Shown here one piece after another: positions 36,443 to 45,522 of a stretch of 52,475 bases of DNA (within the stretch, counting starts at the first letter, position 1; each line of letters opens with the position of its first letter). The notes beneath the pieces were generated by a model that made no database searches, was not told where the DNA came from, and saw nothing but the letters and a program-made list of their open reading frames with translations. The stretch is taken from the IMG/VR virus record IMGVR_UViG_3300008266_000146, positions 1 through 52,475 of that record. One strand, given 5' to 3'. A program made the position numbers and the translations under genes. Source of the stretch: a virus (Duplodnaviria > Caudoviricetes).

Positions 36443-36877
36443 TTACCGGCTTTGCGGCGGCGGCGCAATCCGGGCGTTCATGCTGGCAATGTTCTCGCGA
36501 ATAACGCCGAGCGTCGACAGGATTTCGCTGGACGTACGCCGCTGCTCAGAGACCAGTTCCCTGAGGTTGGTCACCTGCACGTCGTTGGAACTGAGGCGGA
36601 GCTGGATGCTCTCGATCTGCGGCATGTACTGCGCCTTGGCCTGTTCGAGGGCCTTGATCTGCCCCGCCTGCCGCTCGACGTGGGTCGATATGTACCAGAC
36701 GCCAGAGCCAATCGACATGGCGATGGTGAGCGACGTCATGACGTGCCCGAAATTGAACTCCCAATTGAACTTTGGGGCGTGCATCGCATTCTCCGGGTCG
36801 TGGCGCGTGGAAGGATTGGATGGCTGCTGCATTGTGTCTATCCCGAAAAAGCGGATTGGCGTGTCTATCTGCTTCAC
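36443..36877 (-). CDS. Single-TM coiled-coil protein (holin/antiholin candidate)
   Basis: Hydrophobic VMTSLTIAMSIGSGVWYI followed by a coiled coil; adjacent to the spanins; start uncertain. Confidence 0.45.
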   Translation of the reverse strand: MKQIDTPIRFFGIDTMQQPSNPSTRHDPENAMHAPKFNWEFNFGHVMTSLTIAMSIGSGVWYISTHVERQAGQIKALEQAKAQYMPQIESIQLRLSSNDVQVTNLRELVSEQRRTSSEILSTLGVIRENIASMNARIAPPPQSR

Positions 36878-37062
36878 CAGATACCGGCGGCTGCCTCTCG
36901 CGCCACCCGAATGTCGATGCGCTCCTGATCGGCGGGGGTCGCCCCGCGAACGCCTACGAGCGGCTGGCCGAGAACCCGGCTAAGGCCGCGAACATCTGTT
37001 GGCGGCGTGGTCCCACATGCCGCCAGAAGCACGGCAACTGCGCACAAGGCGCTCAGCTTCAT
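36874..37062 (-). CDS. o-spanin-like lipoprotein (Rz1-like)
   Basis: Signal peptide with lipobox LLAAC; overlaps the 3' end of the i-spanin gene. Confidence 0.65.
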   Translation of the reverse strand: MKLSALCAVAVLLAACGTTPPTDVRGLSRVLGQPLVGVRGATPADQERIDIRVAREAAAGIW

Positions 37063-37234
37063 TTGCCCGTGACGTTGCATCGTTCGTCTCCCGTTCGATC
37101 CGGCTGCGCTCTTCCTGCCGACCGCTGTCCTTCACATTGTTGTACACCACGACGCCCATCGTCAGAGCCGTCACTGCGGCGGTGGTAATGAGCGCAACAC
37201 GCCAGTTCGCGAGCAGAAACAGCAGGACGTGCAT
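36980..37234 (-). CDS. i-spanin-like protein (Rz-like)
   Basis: N-terminal TM, helical periplasmic part, C-terminal Cys pair; directly follows the endolysin. Confidence 0.65.
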   Translation of the reverse strand: MHVLLFLLANWRVALITTAAVTALTMGVVVYNNVKDSGRQEERSRIERETNDATSRANEAERLVRSCRASGGMWDHAANRCSRP

Positions 37235-37244
37235 CGAGCGCTCC

Positions 37245-38096
37245 TTAGCTGGGGTTGCGGTTCACTGTCAGACGGCCAGTGAAGTACATCCACACGCCGA
37301 TGCCAACTGCGACGCCAGCAAGCGCTGCTGCGGCGAGCGCGTAGGGGTTGTCGATGCCTTGGACGATACCAAGCAGGCCGGAGCCGCCAAGGGCGGTCAG
37401 CGCCGACAGGACGCCTGTGCTCTGCTGGGCCGGCACGTCGTCGGCCTGCGCCGCGCGCTCGGGCACCTCTTCGTTGCTGGAAAGCAGCTCCGGCTTCTGC
37501 GCGTGCTCGATGGCGGCGAGGAAACTTGCGTAGTGGCTGGCGATGAGGCGTGCCTTGTCCTTGCCGTTGACCATGGCTCGGGCACCGACCGGGTCGGTCG
37601 TGTCGTCGTCGAAATACTTGCTGAAGCGCTCGCGACCGCGCGTCCACCATCCCTCGAACAGAGACGGCCAGAACACCTTGGCGTCGCCCTGCTCGGTCAG
37701 AAGGATGTCGGGGTTGGTGACGCACTGCAAGCCCGTCTTGGTCTGCACGAACTGGTAGTTGGGGAGGTGCGTCGTCTGGATACGGCCGCGCCCGAACCAT
37801 CCCTCACGCCAGTACGGCGTCCTGACCTGCGGCATGCGGCCGGCAGCCCACGCCTTGTCGAGTGCGCGGATGGCATTGGCTGTCGACGTGGCGAACGCCT
37901 CGCGGATCGGGGTCATCCTCCCGCCCGTCTCGTGGAACGCCGTGGCGAGGCCGTAGGCCAGCTTGCGGTTGTCGCCGTCGCCGTATTTCTCCCATGCCGC
38001 AAGCATGGCGGTCATGCCGTCGATCTGGCTCTGGCTGAGCCTACCGCCGAACGGGGCGTTGCGAACGTACGTGTAGAAAACGGTCTTGTTCATCAC
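37245..38096 (-). CDS. Endolysin (GH19/chitinase-like lysozyme fold) with a hydrophobic C-terminus
   Basis: LAY.LATAFHET...PIRE...FGRG.IQ.T...NY motif set; ARAMVNG.D. Confidence 0.8.
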   Translation of the reverse strand: MMNKTVFYTYVRNAPFGGRLSQSQIDGMTAMLAAWEKYGDGDNRKLAYGLATAFHETGGRMTPIREAFATSTANAIRALDKAWAAGRMPQVRTPYWREGWFGRGRIQTTHLPNYQFVQTKTGLQCVTNPDILLTEQGDAKVFWPSLFEGWWTRGRERFSKYFDDDTTDPVGARAMVNGKDKARLIASHYASFLAAIEHAQKPELLSSNEEVPERAAQADDVPAQQSTGVLSALTALGGSGLLGIVQGIDNPYALAAAALAGVAVGIGVWMYFTGRLTVNRNPS

Positions 38097-38395
38097 GCCG
38101 GCTCCGCCACATTGAACCCGATTACGTCTTGCTTGATCTGGTTGGCCGTCGTCACGACGGTGACCTCAACCGCGTACTCGCACCTATCGTATCCGCCCGC
38201 CATGTAGAACACGCACGTGGTAAGGCCGGAGACGCTGTAGCCGTCCATAAACAGCTCGGTCCCGGTGCCCGTACCGCTGAGCCTCGTGACCACGAACGTG
38301 GCCGAGACAAGGGTCTCTCCAACCGGCAGCCACTGGCTGTAGTCGATGGTGTACCGCTTGCGCTCGTCAGGGGCTTTCAGGAACTCTGCGATCAT
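38093..38395 (-). CDS. Virion/tail-associated small beta protein
   Basis: K.PDE...Y.IDYS.WL..GETL pattern; lies between the fibre and lysis genes. Confidence 0.6.
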   Translation of the reverse strand: MIAEFLKAPDERKRYTIDYSQWLPVGETLVSATFVVTRLSGTGTGTELFMDGYSVSGLTTCVFYMAGGYDRCEYAVEVTVVTTANQIKQDVIGFNVAEPA

Positions 38396-38406
38396 CTCTA
38401 CAGCCC

Positions 38407-38688
38407 CTAGTCGAAGTTTCGCGGAGCATACACAAACCGGGCTTCGTATTCAACTAGGACCGTCAGGTTTTGTCCGCCTGTGTACACGACCGTCGGCGCG
38501 TCAAGTACGTTGATCTCTGACAGCTCTCCGGCAACCCTGATGACGTCCGTCTGGTTGTCGAAGAAATAGAGCGCGTCGAGGTAGCCGTAGAGCGTGCTGT
38601 AGCCGTAGATCGACGCCGTCGTGACGTAGCCCGGCGCTTGCCAAGCGTTCGTCTGGACTGCGTTTGGCTGCGCTACGAACAGGCCCAC
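38407..38688 (-). CDS. Hypothetical protein (93 aa)
   Basis: GTG start 2 nt after the box at 38691, which supplies GGGAG on the - strand. Confidence 0.55.
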   Translation of the reverse strand: MGLFVAQPNAVQTNAWQAPGYVTTASIYGYSTLYGYLDALYFFDNQTDVIRVAGELSEINVLDAPTVVYTGGQNLTVLVEYEARFVYAPRNFD

Positions 38689-38691
38689 AGG

Positions 38692-39261
38692 TTACTCCCC
38701 CGAGTTACCGGCTTTGACGGCGAGAGCCCGGCTGCGCACCTCTGCAAGGTCGATGCCCAGCATCGCCGCAATAGCGACGACATCCGGCTCCCTGAGGTTG
38801 AACGATGTCGCGTTGTCCCACAGCTGGAACTTGCCAGCGGCGATGGCTGCGCCGTTGACTTCGTCGAGCATATCCATCTCATGCAGCGCCTGCTTGACGT
38901 AGGCGGCGTGTATCTGGTCGTCCGGCAGTGCGGGAGCCGCCTTGAGCGCATCCAGCTCTACCCGCAGTCTGGCAGCCTCCGTTTCCGCAACTTCCTTGGC
39001 GGCTACAGCCGCTGCGGCGTCACTTACTGCAACGTCGCGTTCGCCGCGCATCGCAGCGATCTGGGCGACGAGCGCCGCACTGTCCGGTAGGAGCGTGGCA
39101 AGACTGGCTTCGTCGACATTCTCGAACAATGACGGCTCGACGCGCCCAAAGCGCCCGATGTATTCGTCGCTGTAGGAACCTCGGTTGAGTTCCTTGACCG
39201 TCCCGTCCGGGTTGAGGTCGACGACGATGTTGATGACGCGGCGGAGCGGTGTGTCAGCCAT
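38692..39261 (-). CDS. Hypothetical protein downstream of the tail fibre (possible fibre assembly factor)
   Basis: Coiled coil plus C-terminal WDNATSF...P.V..IA..LG; stop inside the box. Confidence 0.55.
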   Translation of the reverse strand: MADTPLRRVINIVVDLNPDGTVKELNRGSYSDEYIGRFGRVEPSLFENVDEASLATLLPDSAALVAQIAAMRGERDVAVSDAAAAVAAKEVAETEAARLRVELDALKAAPALPDDQIHAAYVKQALHEMDMLDEVNGAAIAAGKFQLWDNATSFNLREPDVVAIAAMLGIDLAEVRSRALAVKAGNSGE

Positions 39262-39272
39262 GTGGTTGTCCC

Positions 39273-41789
39273 TTATGTCCTGAAGGAGATCACGCGCCAA
39301 CGGCTTGACGTGGCGTCATACTGAAGGATTGCGTGCTTGCAGTTCAAGTTGCCGCCACTATCGGTAAAGATGCGGTTGCCGGCCGTCGACGAGCCACTAT
39401 CGTTGTCCAGCGTCATCTGGTGGGCAGTCGTGTTGATCAGTACGGCAAAAATGCCGTCAGCGCCCCCGGTGAGGCCGGTGATCTGGAAAGCCCCAGTCGG
39501 GCCGGCGATGCGCAGCGACGACGAGTTGGGACGGGCGACGTTGTGGTTGCCACCGTTTGCGAGCGTAAGGGCCGCCATGCGATGCGCGACATCGCCGTTG
39601 ACGTCGAACATCGCCGCCGCACCTGTCGTATTGATGCCGACCTTACCATCGGAAGCAATGCGCATGCGCTCGGCGGCGTTCGTCCAGAACGCCATGTAGT
39701 CGCCGTTGTGGGCGTATTCGATCCTGCCGACATCATCATCGGCCGGGTCTCCGAAATGGATGCCGGAGACAAAATTCGTGTTAGCTCCGAAAAGCCAGTA
39801 CGAGTTACCCTGACCATAATTGGTGATAGAGTAGCCACTCGCCGGGTTGACGCGGGCCGCCGAAGTGCCGATGGACAGCGGCATGGTCAGTGTGAGCAGC
39901 GACGTCGTCATTGTCGCCCGCGTCGTCCACGTCGCAGAGGCAAAAGACGCCCACGTCAGCGTGGTGCCTGCGCTGTCGCCGGGACGGTTGAGGCCAAACG
40001 CCCAGCCCGTCGCGCCGCCACTAATAATCATACGGTGTGTAACGTCACCCGCCGTGGCGGACATCAGATGGCTGCCAGTGCCACCAATAGTCATGCTGCC
40101 ATCAGCGTCAATGAACAGATCGCGGCGCGCGTCCGTGTTCGAGTAGATGTAGAAGCCCTTGCCCCAAGAGTGCGTCGTCTTGGTGACGCCGAACTGATAC
40201 TCCTGTGGAGTGCCGCCGTTATCGGCGCGTAGCAGCCACGCCATAACGTTCGCGCCGCCGCCGCGAATGCGCATGACGTTGTCGACGGTGTCGCGAACAT
40301 CGAGGGCGTAACCGGGGGTCGCGCCGAGACCACCGGGACCGATTCCCACCTGCCCAGACGTGTTCACCGTCAGGCCGACGATATTGTTGGCCTTCAGGTT
40401 GATGTTGGAGCCGGCGGCCGACCCGAACTCGATACCGTAGGTTACGCTGAAAGAGATGCCAAATGTGCCATAGGTGCCATCAGACACCTGAAGCACTGTC
40501 GTGCCAGCGGGACCGCGCACGTCGAGCGGAGCTGCTGGGGCCGTCGTGTTGATGCCTACCCGCTGGTCGTAGCGGATCGTCATGACGTTGTGGCTGACGC
40601 CGAGGCCGTAGTTGTTCGACACGCCGAAGTGCAGGGACGAACCCGAACCCGTGATCTGCGCTGCGACGCGCGCAACTGAAGCACTACCTGTCGTGGCGAA
40701 ATCAATAGCGTTGAACTCACCGGCACCAGCGCCGCCGCGAATGAGAAGCGCGCCAGTGTTAACGCCGGTCATCGTAGCCAGCGTCGTGCTCTGAAGCATC
40801 AGCGCACCGTCTGCGCCGAGACGCATGCGCTCAGTCCACGTCGCAGAGGCAAAGGACGACCACACCAGATTGGTGCCGGCAGAGGCCCCCGGACGGTTCA
40901 AGCCGGCAGCCCAGCCCGTCGCGCCACCAGAAACGAACATGCGGTGGGTGGCATCGGTAGCATCACTCGACAGGACATGGTGTCCTTCGGACGCAGTCGC
41001 GCCGACTGTCATGCCAGACGCAGTCAGTTGCGCCCATTCAACCTGCGCAGCTGATCGCCAGACGTGCAGCGCCGCGTCGACGTAAAGGCCGGACACAGCC
41101 GAAGCTGCCGCAATCTGCGCGTAAGGCGCACCAGAATTGGCCCACAGGTTGAACTGAAGGCTGCTGTTGGCAATCGCTCCCTCAAGAAAGAGCATCGCCG
41201 CCGCAGATGCTCCATTATTGGGGTTCTGGACCTGAACCCCGTTTTGAGAGTTGGCGTTGTGCGTAACGGTCAGCTTGTAGGCAGCTGCCCCGCCACCAAT
41301 GTTTATGTTGCCGGTCGTTGGATAAAGCGAGAGCGGCGTGATTGTCGTGTTGGTAAATTCGAGCACACCCGTCGTGCCACGATTGACCAGCTGCCACTCC
41401 TGCACGCCGGTCTGGAACAGCGACAGGGTAACATTACCGCTGGACCCTCGACGCGCCTGCACAGTGGGTCCGGCGGTAATGTTACCGCTGTCGTCAATCG
41501 TCGCGGACGAGTTCTGGATCAGCTTGCCGGTCGTGGCGTCGAAGCGGGCGATGGCGTTGTCGGTGGCGGAGGCAGGGCCGACCACCGCCCCGGCTGAAGC
41601 CAGCCACGTCAGCAGCGACGCAGCGCTGATCTCTTCAGCGTCGCCTGTTCCCGCCGTAAGACGGCCGAGCACGAAGCCCGACGCCATCGTGATGTTGTGT
41701 TCCTCGTTCCAGTTGGACGGGCGGACGCGGGTCGTATCGCCGTCGTCCGGTACCGAGCTGACGAACTTGTGCTTCAGGGAGATGGTCAT
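39273..41789 (-). CDS. Tail fibre / receptor-binding protein 1
   Basis: GPASATDNAIARFD.TTGKLIQNS and repeated G.VGI.T..P...LDV.G / ERMRI fibre motifs. Confidence 0.8.
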   Translation of the reverse strand: MTISLKHKFVSSVPDDGDTTRVRPSNWNEEHNITMASGFVLGRLTAGTGDAEEISAASLLTWLASAGAVVGPASATDNAIARFDATTGKLIQNSSATIDDSGNITAGPTVQARRGSSGNVTLSLFQTGVQEWQLVNRGTTGVLEFTNTTITPLSLYPTTGNINIGGGAAAYKLTVTHNANSQNGVQVQNPNNGASAAAMLFLEGAIANSSLQFNLWANSGAPYAQIAAASAVSGLYVDAALHVWRSAAQVEWAQLTASGMTVGATASEGHHVLSSDATDATHRMFVSGGATGWAAGLNRPGASAGTNLVWSSFASATWTERMRLGADGALMLQSTTLATMTGVNTGALLIRGGAGAGEFNAIDFATTGSASVARVAAQITGSGSSLHFGVSNNYGLGVSHNVMTIRYDQRVGINTTAPAAPLDVRGPAGTTVLQVSDGTYGTFGISFSVTYGIEFGSAAGSNINLKANNIVGLTVNTSGQVGIGPGGLGATPGYALDVRDTVDNVMRIRGGGANVMAWLLRADNGGTPQEYQFGVTKTTHSWGKGFYIYSNTDARRDLFIDADGSMTIGGTGSHLMSATAGDVTHRMIISGGATGWAFGLNRPGDSAGTTLTWASFASATWTTRATMTTSLLTLTMPLSIGTSAARVNPASGYSITNYGQGNSYWLFGANTNFVSGIHFGDPADDDVGRIEYAHNGDYMAFWTNAAERMRIASDGKVGINTTGAAAMFDVNGDVAHRMAALTLANGGNHNVARPNSSSLRIAGPTGAFQITGLTGGADGIFAVLINTTAHQMTLDNDSGSSTAGNRIFTDSGGNLNCKHAILQYDATSSRWRVISFRT

Positions 41790-42214
41790 CAGGTCTCGTC
41801 CACAAAGCTGGCAGGGGTCAGTCGGGGCTGCACGCCGGGCTCCATCGTGATGCTATCGTTCAACGCGCCGGAATACAACACGAGCGTCGATCCCGACGCA
41901 TCCGTGCCAATCGCCCAGTGCGTGTAGGTCTCTGTTCCGGCGACGCACTCGGGGAACGACGTCTTGGTGGCCAGCGTCACCCGGTTACTCGCGAGAGTAA
42001 ACCCGAGCGTCGAGCGCGGCACGGCGACACGCGCGTAGCCGGTGTAGGTCGCTTCGTGCGCCGACTGCGTGTCGCCTACGCCCAGCGCCTGCTTGTGCAG
42101 CGACAGATACAGGTTGGCGTTCGGCGCGGCGGCGTTCCGCGCGAGGCCGGGAATGTCCTGCCCGAGGAAGATCAGCCCGAGCAGGTAATTCGCGTAGCTG
42201 GTCGACTTCGCCAT
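41789..42214 (-). CDS. Virion structural protein (tail-associated)
   Basis: LYLSLH...E.TY.GYARVAV...FP.C...TH..IG pattern; overlaps both fibre genes. Confidence 0.65.
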   Translation of the reverse strand: MAKSTSYANYLLGLIFLGQDIPGLARNAAAPNANLYLSLHKQALGVGDTQSAHEATYTGYARVAVPRSTLGFTLASNRVTLATKTSFPECVAGTETYTHWAIGTDASGSTLVLYSGALNDSITMEPGVQPRLTPASFVDET

Positions 42215-43491
42215 CAGTCCCACCCACGATCAGCAACAGCGACGTACTGCCAAGACGTGCGCGTGATCGCTCCAATAGCGCCGCTTGCGCGAAGCGAGAC
42301 GACGAGAAAGGTGTGGTACACGACCTCCATCGTGTTACGACCCGAGAGCATCCCCATGAGCGTCTGGTTGTTGCCGGTACTGTCGCTCAGACCCCTCGTG
42401 ATCTCACCGGGATTGTACCCATACTGCGACACAGTGTTCACAAGATATATCTCATGAAACTCCGGTAGTACGCCAATGTTATGCAGAAACGTGGCGATGG
42501 TAAACGTCGTCGGAATGGTTGTTTGCGCAGACCTGTACCGACCGTTCAACGCGTACGCGATGGCCGATGTTACCGCAGACCCGGAAGTTACCGCTTCGCC
42601 GACGAAGACGACCCACACAAGGTCAGCCGTGGAGCCGTTGCCGAGATACATCTTCCGTTCGTTGATGATGTAGGTGTATTGACCCGACGTAACAGATGCG
42701 ATGCCACCACGCTGGTAGATCGGCGCGAGCGCCGTCGAGCCGGCGGTGAGCGTGCCATCGGCGTTGACCGTGACAAACAGGAAATTGGTCGAGCTGGCGG
42801 CGAGCGACCCGAACGTCAGGTTCGCTGTTGTCTGCCCGACGCGCCTCGACAGGCCCTGATTGGCTGTCGCCACCAAGGGAAGCGTCGAAGACACATTGGT
42901 CGTGGTTATGGAAAGCGCGACGGCGGTTGACGGCATGAACGTCGGAATGCCGTTCGTGTCGGACGGAGCCATGTTGACCGACTGCCCGCGCAGCGTCGTG
43001 TAGGTGTTGGTCAGCGCGCCGGCAATGACATCGAGACCGCCACCAAGTGTCAGCTCCGCGCCGGCCGTGCTCGCCTCATTCGATCCGAGCAAGCGTTTTG
43101 CAGCACCGAGCGCGGCGAGGTCGGCGGCTGCCACCGAGCTTTTGGTCGCCAGCGACCCGAGCCCGAGCGCCGTACGCGCGCCGGACTGCGAATTGGCCCC
43201 GGTGCCGCCCTGTACGATGGACAGCGGCGTGGTGAGCCCGGACAACGAGGTAATGTCGGAGTTGGCCCCCGGAGCAGCGCGGTCCGACGACAGCACGCCG
43301 GAGGCGAACAGAAGGCCGCTACCGACAGTGATCTCTTCGGCCGCGCCCGTGCCCGCCGTCGTGCGGCCAATGAGGCGCGCAGTGGCCATCTGGATGGTGT
43401 GCGGCGCGTTCCAGTTGGACGGCTGCACGAGCGAGCTGTCGACACCGTCGGGCTTGGCGGAGACGAACTGGTGGACAATGCTGATCGCCAT
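42214..43491 (-). CDS. Tail fibre / receptor-binding protein 2
   Basis: N-terminus paralogous to fibre 1; GANSDITSLSGLTTPLSI.QGGTGA...ARTALGLGSLATK fibre motif. Confidence 0.8.
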   Translation of the reverse strand: MAISIVHQFVSAKPDGVDSSLVQPSNWNAPHTIQMATARLIGRTTAGTGAAEEITVGSGLLFASGVLSSDRAAPGANSDITSLSGLTTPLSIVQGGTGANSQSGARTALGLGSLATKSSVAAADLAALGAAKRLLGSNEASTAGAELTLGGGLDVIAGALTNTYTTLRGQSVNMAPSDTNGIPTFMPSTAVALSITTTNVSSTLPLVATANQGLSRRVGQTTANLTFGSLAASSTNFLFVTVNADGTLTAGSTALAPIYQRGGIASVTSGQYTYIINERKMYLGNGSTADLVWVVFVGEAVTSGSAVTSAIAYALNGRYRSAQTTIPTTFTIATFLHNIGVLPEFHEIYLVNTVSQYGYNPGEITRGLSDSTGNNQTLMGMLSGRNTMEVVYHTFLVVSLRASGAIGAITRTSWQYVAVADRGWD

Positions 43492-43494
43492 GGA

Positions 43495-44085
43495 TCACAC
43501 CCTGTATTGCTGTGGAAACCGCCAAGGGGCAGCACCCATTGTGGACATCTGGGATGCGCGCTGCTTGGCTTCGGCAGCGCCTTTGACGAAGTACCCCCAG
43601 TTGATCTTCGCCATCGGAAGGTTCGTCCACGGCTTCATGGTCTGGCGCTGCAAGAGCGCCGACGTGCCGGAGAGGATGGCGTCGTACCAACGCTCGATGA
43701 CTTCGTTCGGAACGTCCGGGTAACCTTCCCGAGTAACCGGCAGGCGCACGCCCGTGGCAAACTTCGCGGTGAACACCGCGCCGTCGACGTTGGGGACGGT
43801 GGGGCAGCGGATGGTCGTGATGGACTGCATCATCCACCCTCTGGACGCATTGTCGTTCTCGTCGACGACCGACAGCAGCAGCTCGATCCGCCCTCGCGGA
43901 ATAGAGACGGTGTAGAGCTGCTGGCCAGTTATCAACTCGATGGTGGCTTCGCTGACCCACGCCAGAGAGTGGGGCAGGAACCAGTGCATCGCGTTGTAAA
44001 TCTCGCGCTTCAGCGTGTCGTCCACCGCGCCGGGGAACAACACGCGGAGATCGTCCATCAGCCTGTCGACGTCTTGCGTAGCCAT
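43495..44085 (-). CDS. Head-tail adaptor / tail tubular protein A-like
   Basis: Position after capsid; W.DAIL.G....L.....KPW motif. Confidence 0.6.
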   Translation of the reverse strand: MATQDVDRLMDDLRVLFPGAVDDTLKREIYNAMHWFLPHSLAWVSEATIELITGQQLYTVSIPRGRIELLLSVVDENDNASRGWMMQSITTIRCPTVPNVDGAVFTAKFATGVRLPVTREGYPDVPNEVIERWYDAILSGTSALLQRQTMKPWTNLPMAKINWGYFVKGAAEAKQRASQMSTMGAAPWRFPQQYRV

Positions 44086-44435
44086 TAGGACACCGTTGCT
44101 GCGAGCTTCTTGATGAACGCATTCAGGAACGCGGCCGACCGGGCATCCTGCGCCGGCTCTTCGTCTATGACGTGGACCGTGCCGCAGATGAAGTAGACCA
44201 GCGCCAGCCGGTAGCGTGCGTCGAGATCGACCGTATCGCCCACCACAGAGAACGTCGGCACGCCGGTCTTGAGGTACGGCCGAACGAGGTCGGGCCTCAT
44301 CCGGTAGACCTCCATGTAACCCTCATTGAGCGCCGCGATGAAGTCGGCGTCGGAGTAGCGATATGGCGCGACAGTGTCCTGCACGATGGTGCGGGCTCTG
44401 GTCACATATTCCTGCACCGTGCTCAGAAAGGCCAT
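44085..44435 (-). CDS. Head-tail connector-like protein
   Basis: R..IVQD....RYSD..F..ALNEG......RPD pattern; directly after capsid. Confidence 0.6.
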   Translation of the reverse strand: MAFLSTVQEYVTRARTIVQDTVAPYRYSDADFIAALNEGYMEVYRMRPDLVRPYLKTGVPTFSVVGDTVDLDARYRLALVYFICGTVHVIDEEPAQDARSAAFLNAFIKKLAATVS

Positions 44436-44454
44436 GTTGCCCCCAGATAGACGT

Positions 44455-44485
44455 AAGGCCCCCGCCGTAAAACGACGAGGGCCTT
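44455..44485 (-). terminator. Hairpin terminator after the major capsid gene
   Basis: On the - strand, AAGGCCCTCGTCGT-TTT-ACGGCGGGGGCCTT; its two mismatches become G-U pairs only on this strand. Confidence 0.6.
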
Positions 44486-44505
44486 CAGCGGATCACGTTG
44501 CCGGA

Positions 44506-45492
44506 TCAGGCCTGCGTGACAATCGCCTGCGAGATGGCCTTGCCGTCGATGACCTTGTAGCCGAAGACCTGAAGGCCGCGCAGCAGATCGGAGAAGGTCC
44601 GCTCGGAACGGATGTTCTCCATCTTCGTGAACTGCGACGCGAACGTCAGACCGTGGGCGTGACCGGCGTAGCAGGCGTACTCGCCAGCCGCCAGACCGCC
44701 AGCGACGCCGGAGGGCAGGAGGTTGGACACGTAGACCATGAAGCGGTCGATCATGCCGATGCGGCCGTTGCGGAGCATGGACACGCCGTCGCCGGACAGG
44801 TAGGCCTGCCGCAGCTCGGAGCGCTTCACCAGCGTCGCCATCCACGCGGGGATGACCAGCCAGCGGCCCGTCTCGGGGATGTTCTGCTCGTCGAGCACCT
44901 GACCGAAGCGCAGGATCATGTCGACCACTTCCACCTGACCGACGGTCGGGGAGTTGGCGACGAGAGCCAGCGGCGAGGTCGTGACGCCGAGGTTGAGGTT
45001 GCCCGAGATGACACCAGCGGTCGCGCCGCGATTGGCGGCGGCGGCCTGCCCGAGGATGCCGGCGAGGACGTCCGTGTCGATCTTGATCTTCAGCTGTTCC
45101 GACGCGTCATCCGCCCAGATGGACAAGATGTTGAGATCGGACTGCTTCTCCATCACGTCGTCGAGGGCGAGGTTGAAATACTTCGCCTTGTCGATGAGCA
45201 GCTGGACCTTGTTGCCCGACGGGCGGTCGATGGTGAGGTCACCGTCGGCAAGGTAGTCGCGGATCGTGATCGTCGGCTTGGTACGGATGTTGACCGTATC
45301 GCCTTGGTTCTTGATCTCGCCCTCGTAGTCGGTGTTCGAGATCGCCGCGAGCACAGTGTTCGCGTAGAACTTCTCGACCAGCTTGCCCGACCAGATTTCG
45401 GGAATGAAGCCCGTCGACTGGAGGGTGTTGGCGGTTCCGCCGGAGGGGTAGAGCGGGGGCGTCGTGACGCCAGATGCAACGCCAAATGCCAT
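44506..45492 (-). CDS. Major capsid protein (HK97 fold, P22-coat-like group)
   Basis: FIPEIWSGKL...NTDYEGEI...GDTVNI; LDEQNIP..GRWLV; RGLQVFG.KV; very strong codon bias. Confidence 0.9.
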   Translation of the reverse strand: MAFGVASGVTTPPLYPSGGTANTLQSTGFIPEIWSGKLVEKFYANTVLAAISNTDYEGEIKNQGDTVNIRTKPTITIRDYLADGDLTIDRPSGNKVQLLIDKAKYFNLALDDVMEKQSDLNILSIWADDASEQLKIKIDTDVLAGILGQAAAANRGATAGVISGNLNLGVTTSPLALVANSPTVGQVEVVDMILRFGQVLDEQNIPETGRWLVIPAWMATLVKRSELRQAYLSGDGVSMLRNGRIGMIDRFMVYVSNLLPSGVAGGLAAGEYACYAGHAHGLTFASQFTKMENIRSERTFSDLLRGLQVFGYKVIDGKAISQAIVTQA

Positions 45493-45522
45493 GGCGAAAG
45501 CTCCATCAAATTGCGAAGGGGG

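Noticed and set aside
39920-41010. Diversity-generating retroelement template/variable repeat pair in tail fibre 1
   Set aside because: Both repeats are in frame within one gene, the differences are not adenine-specific, and no reverse transcriptase is present.
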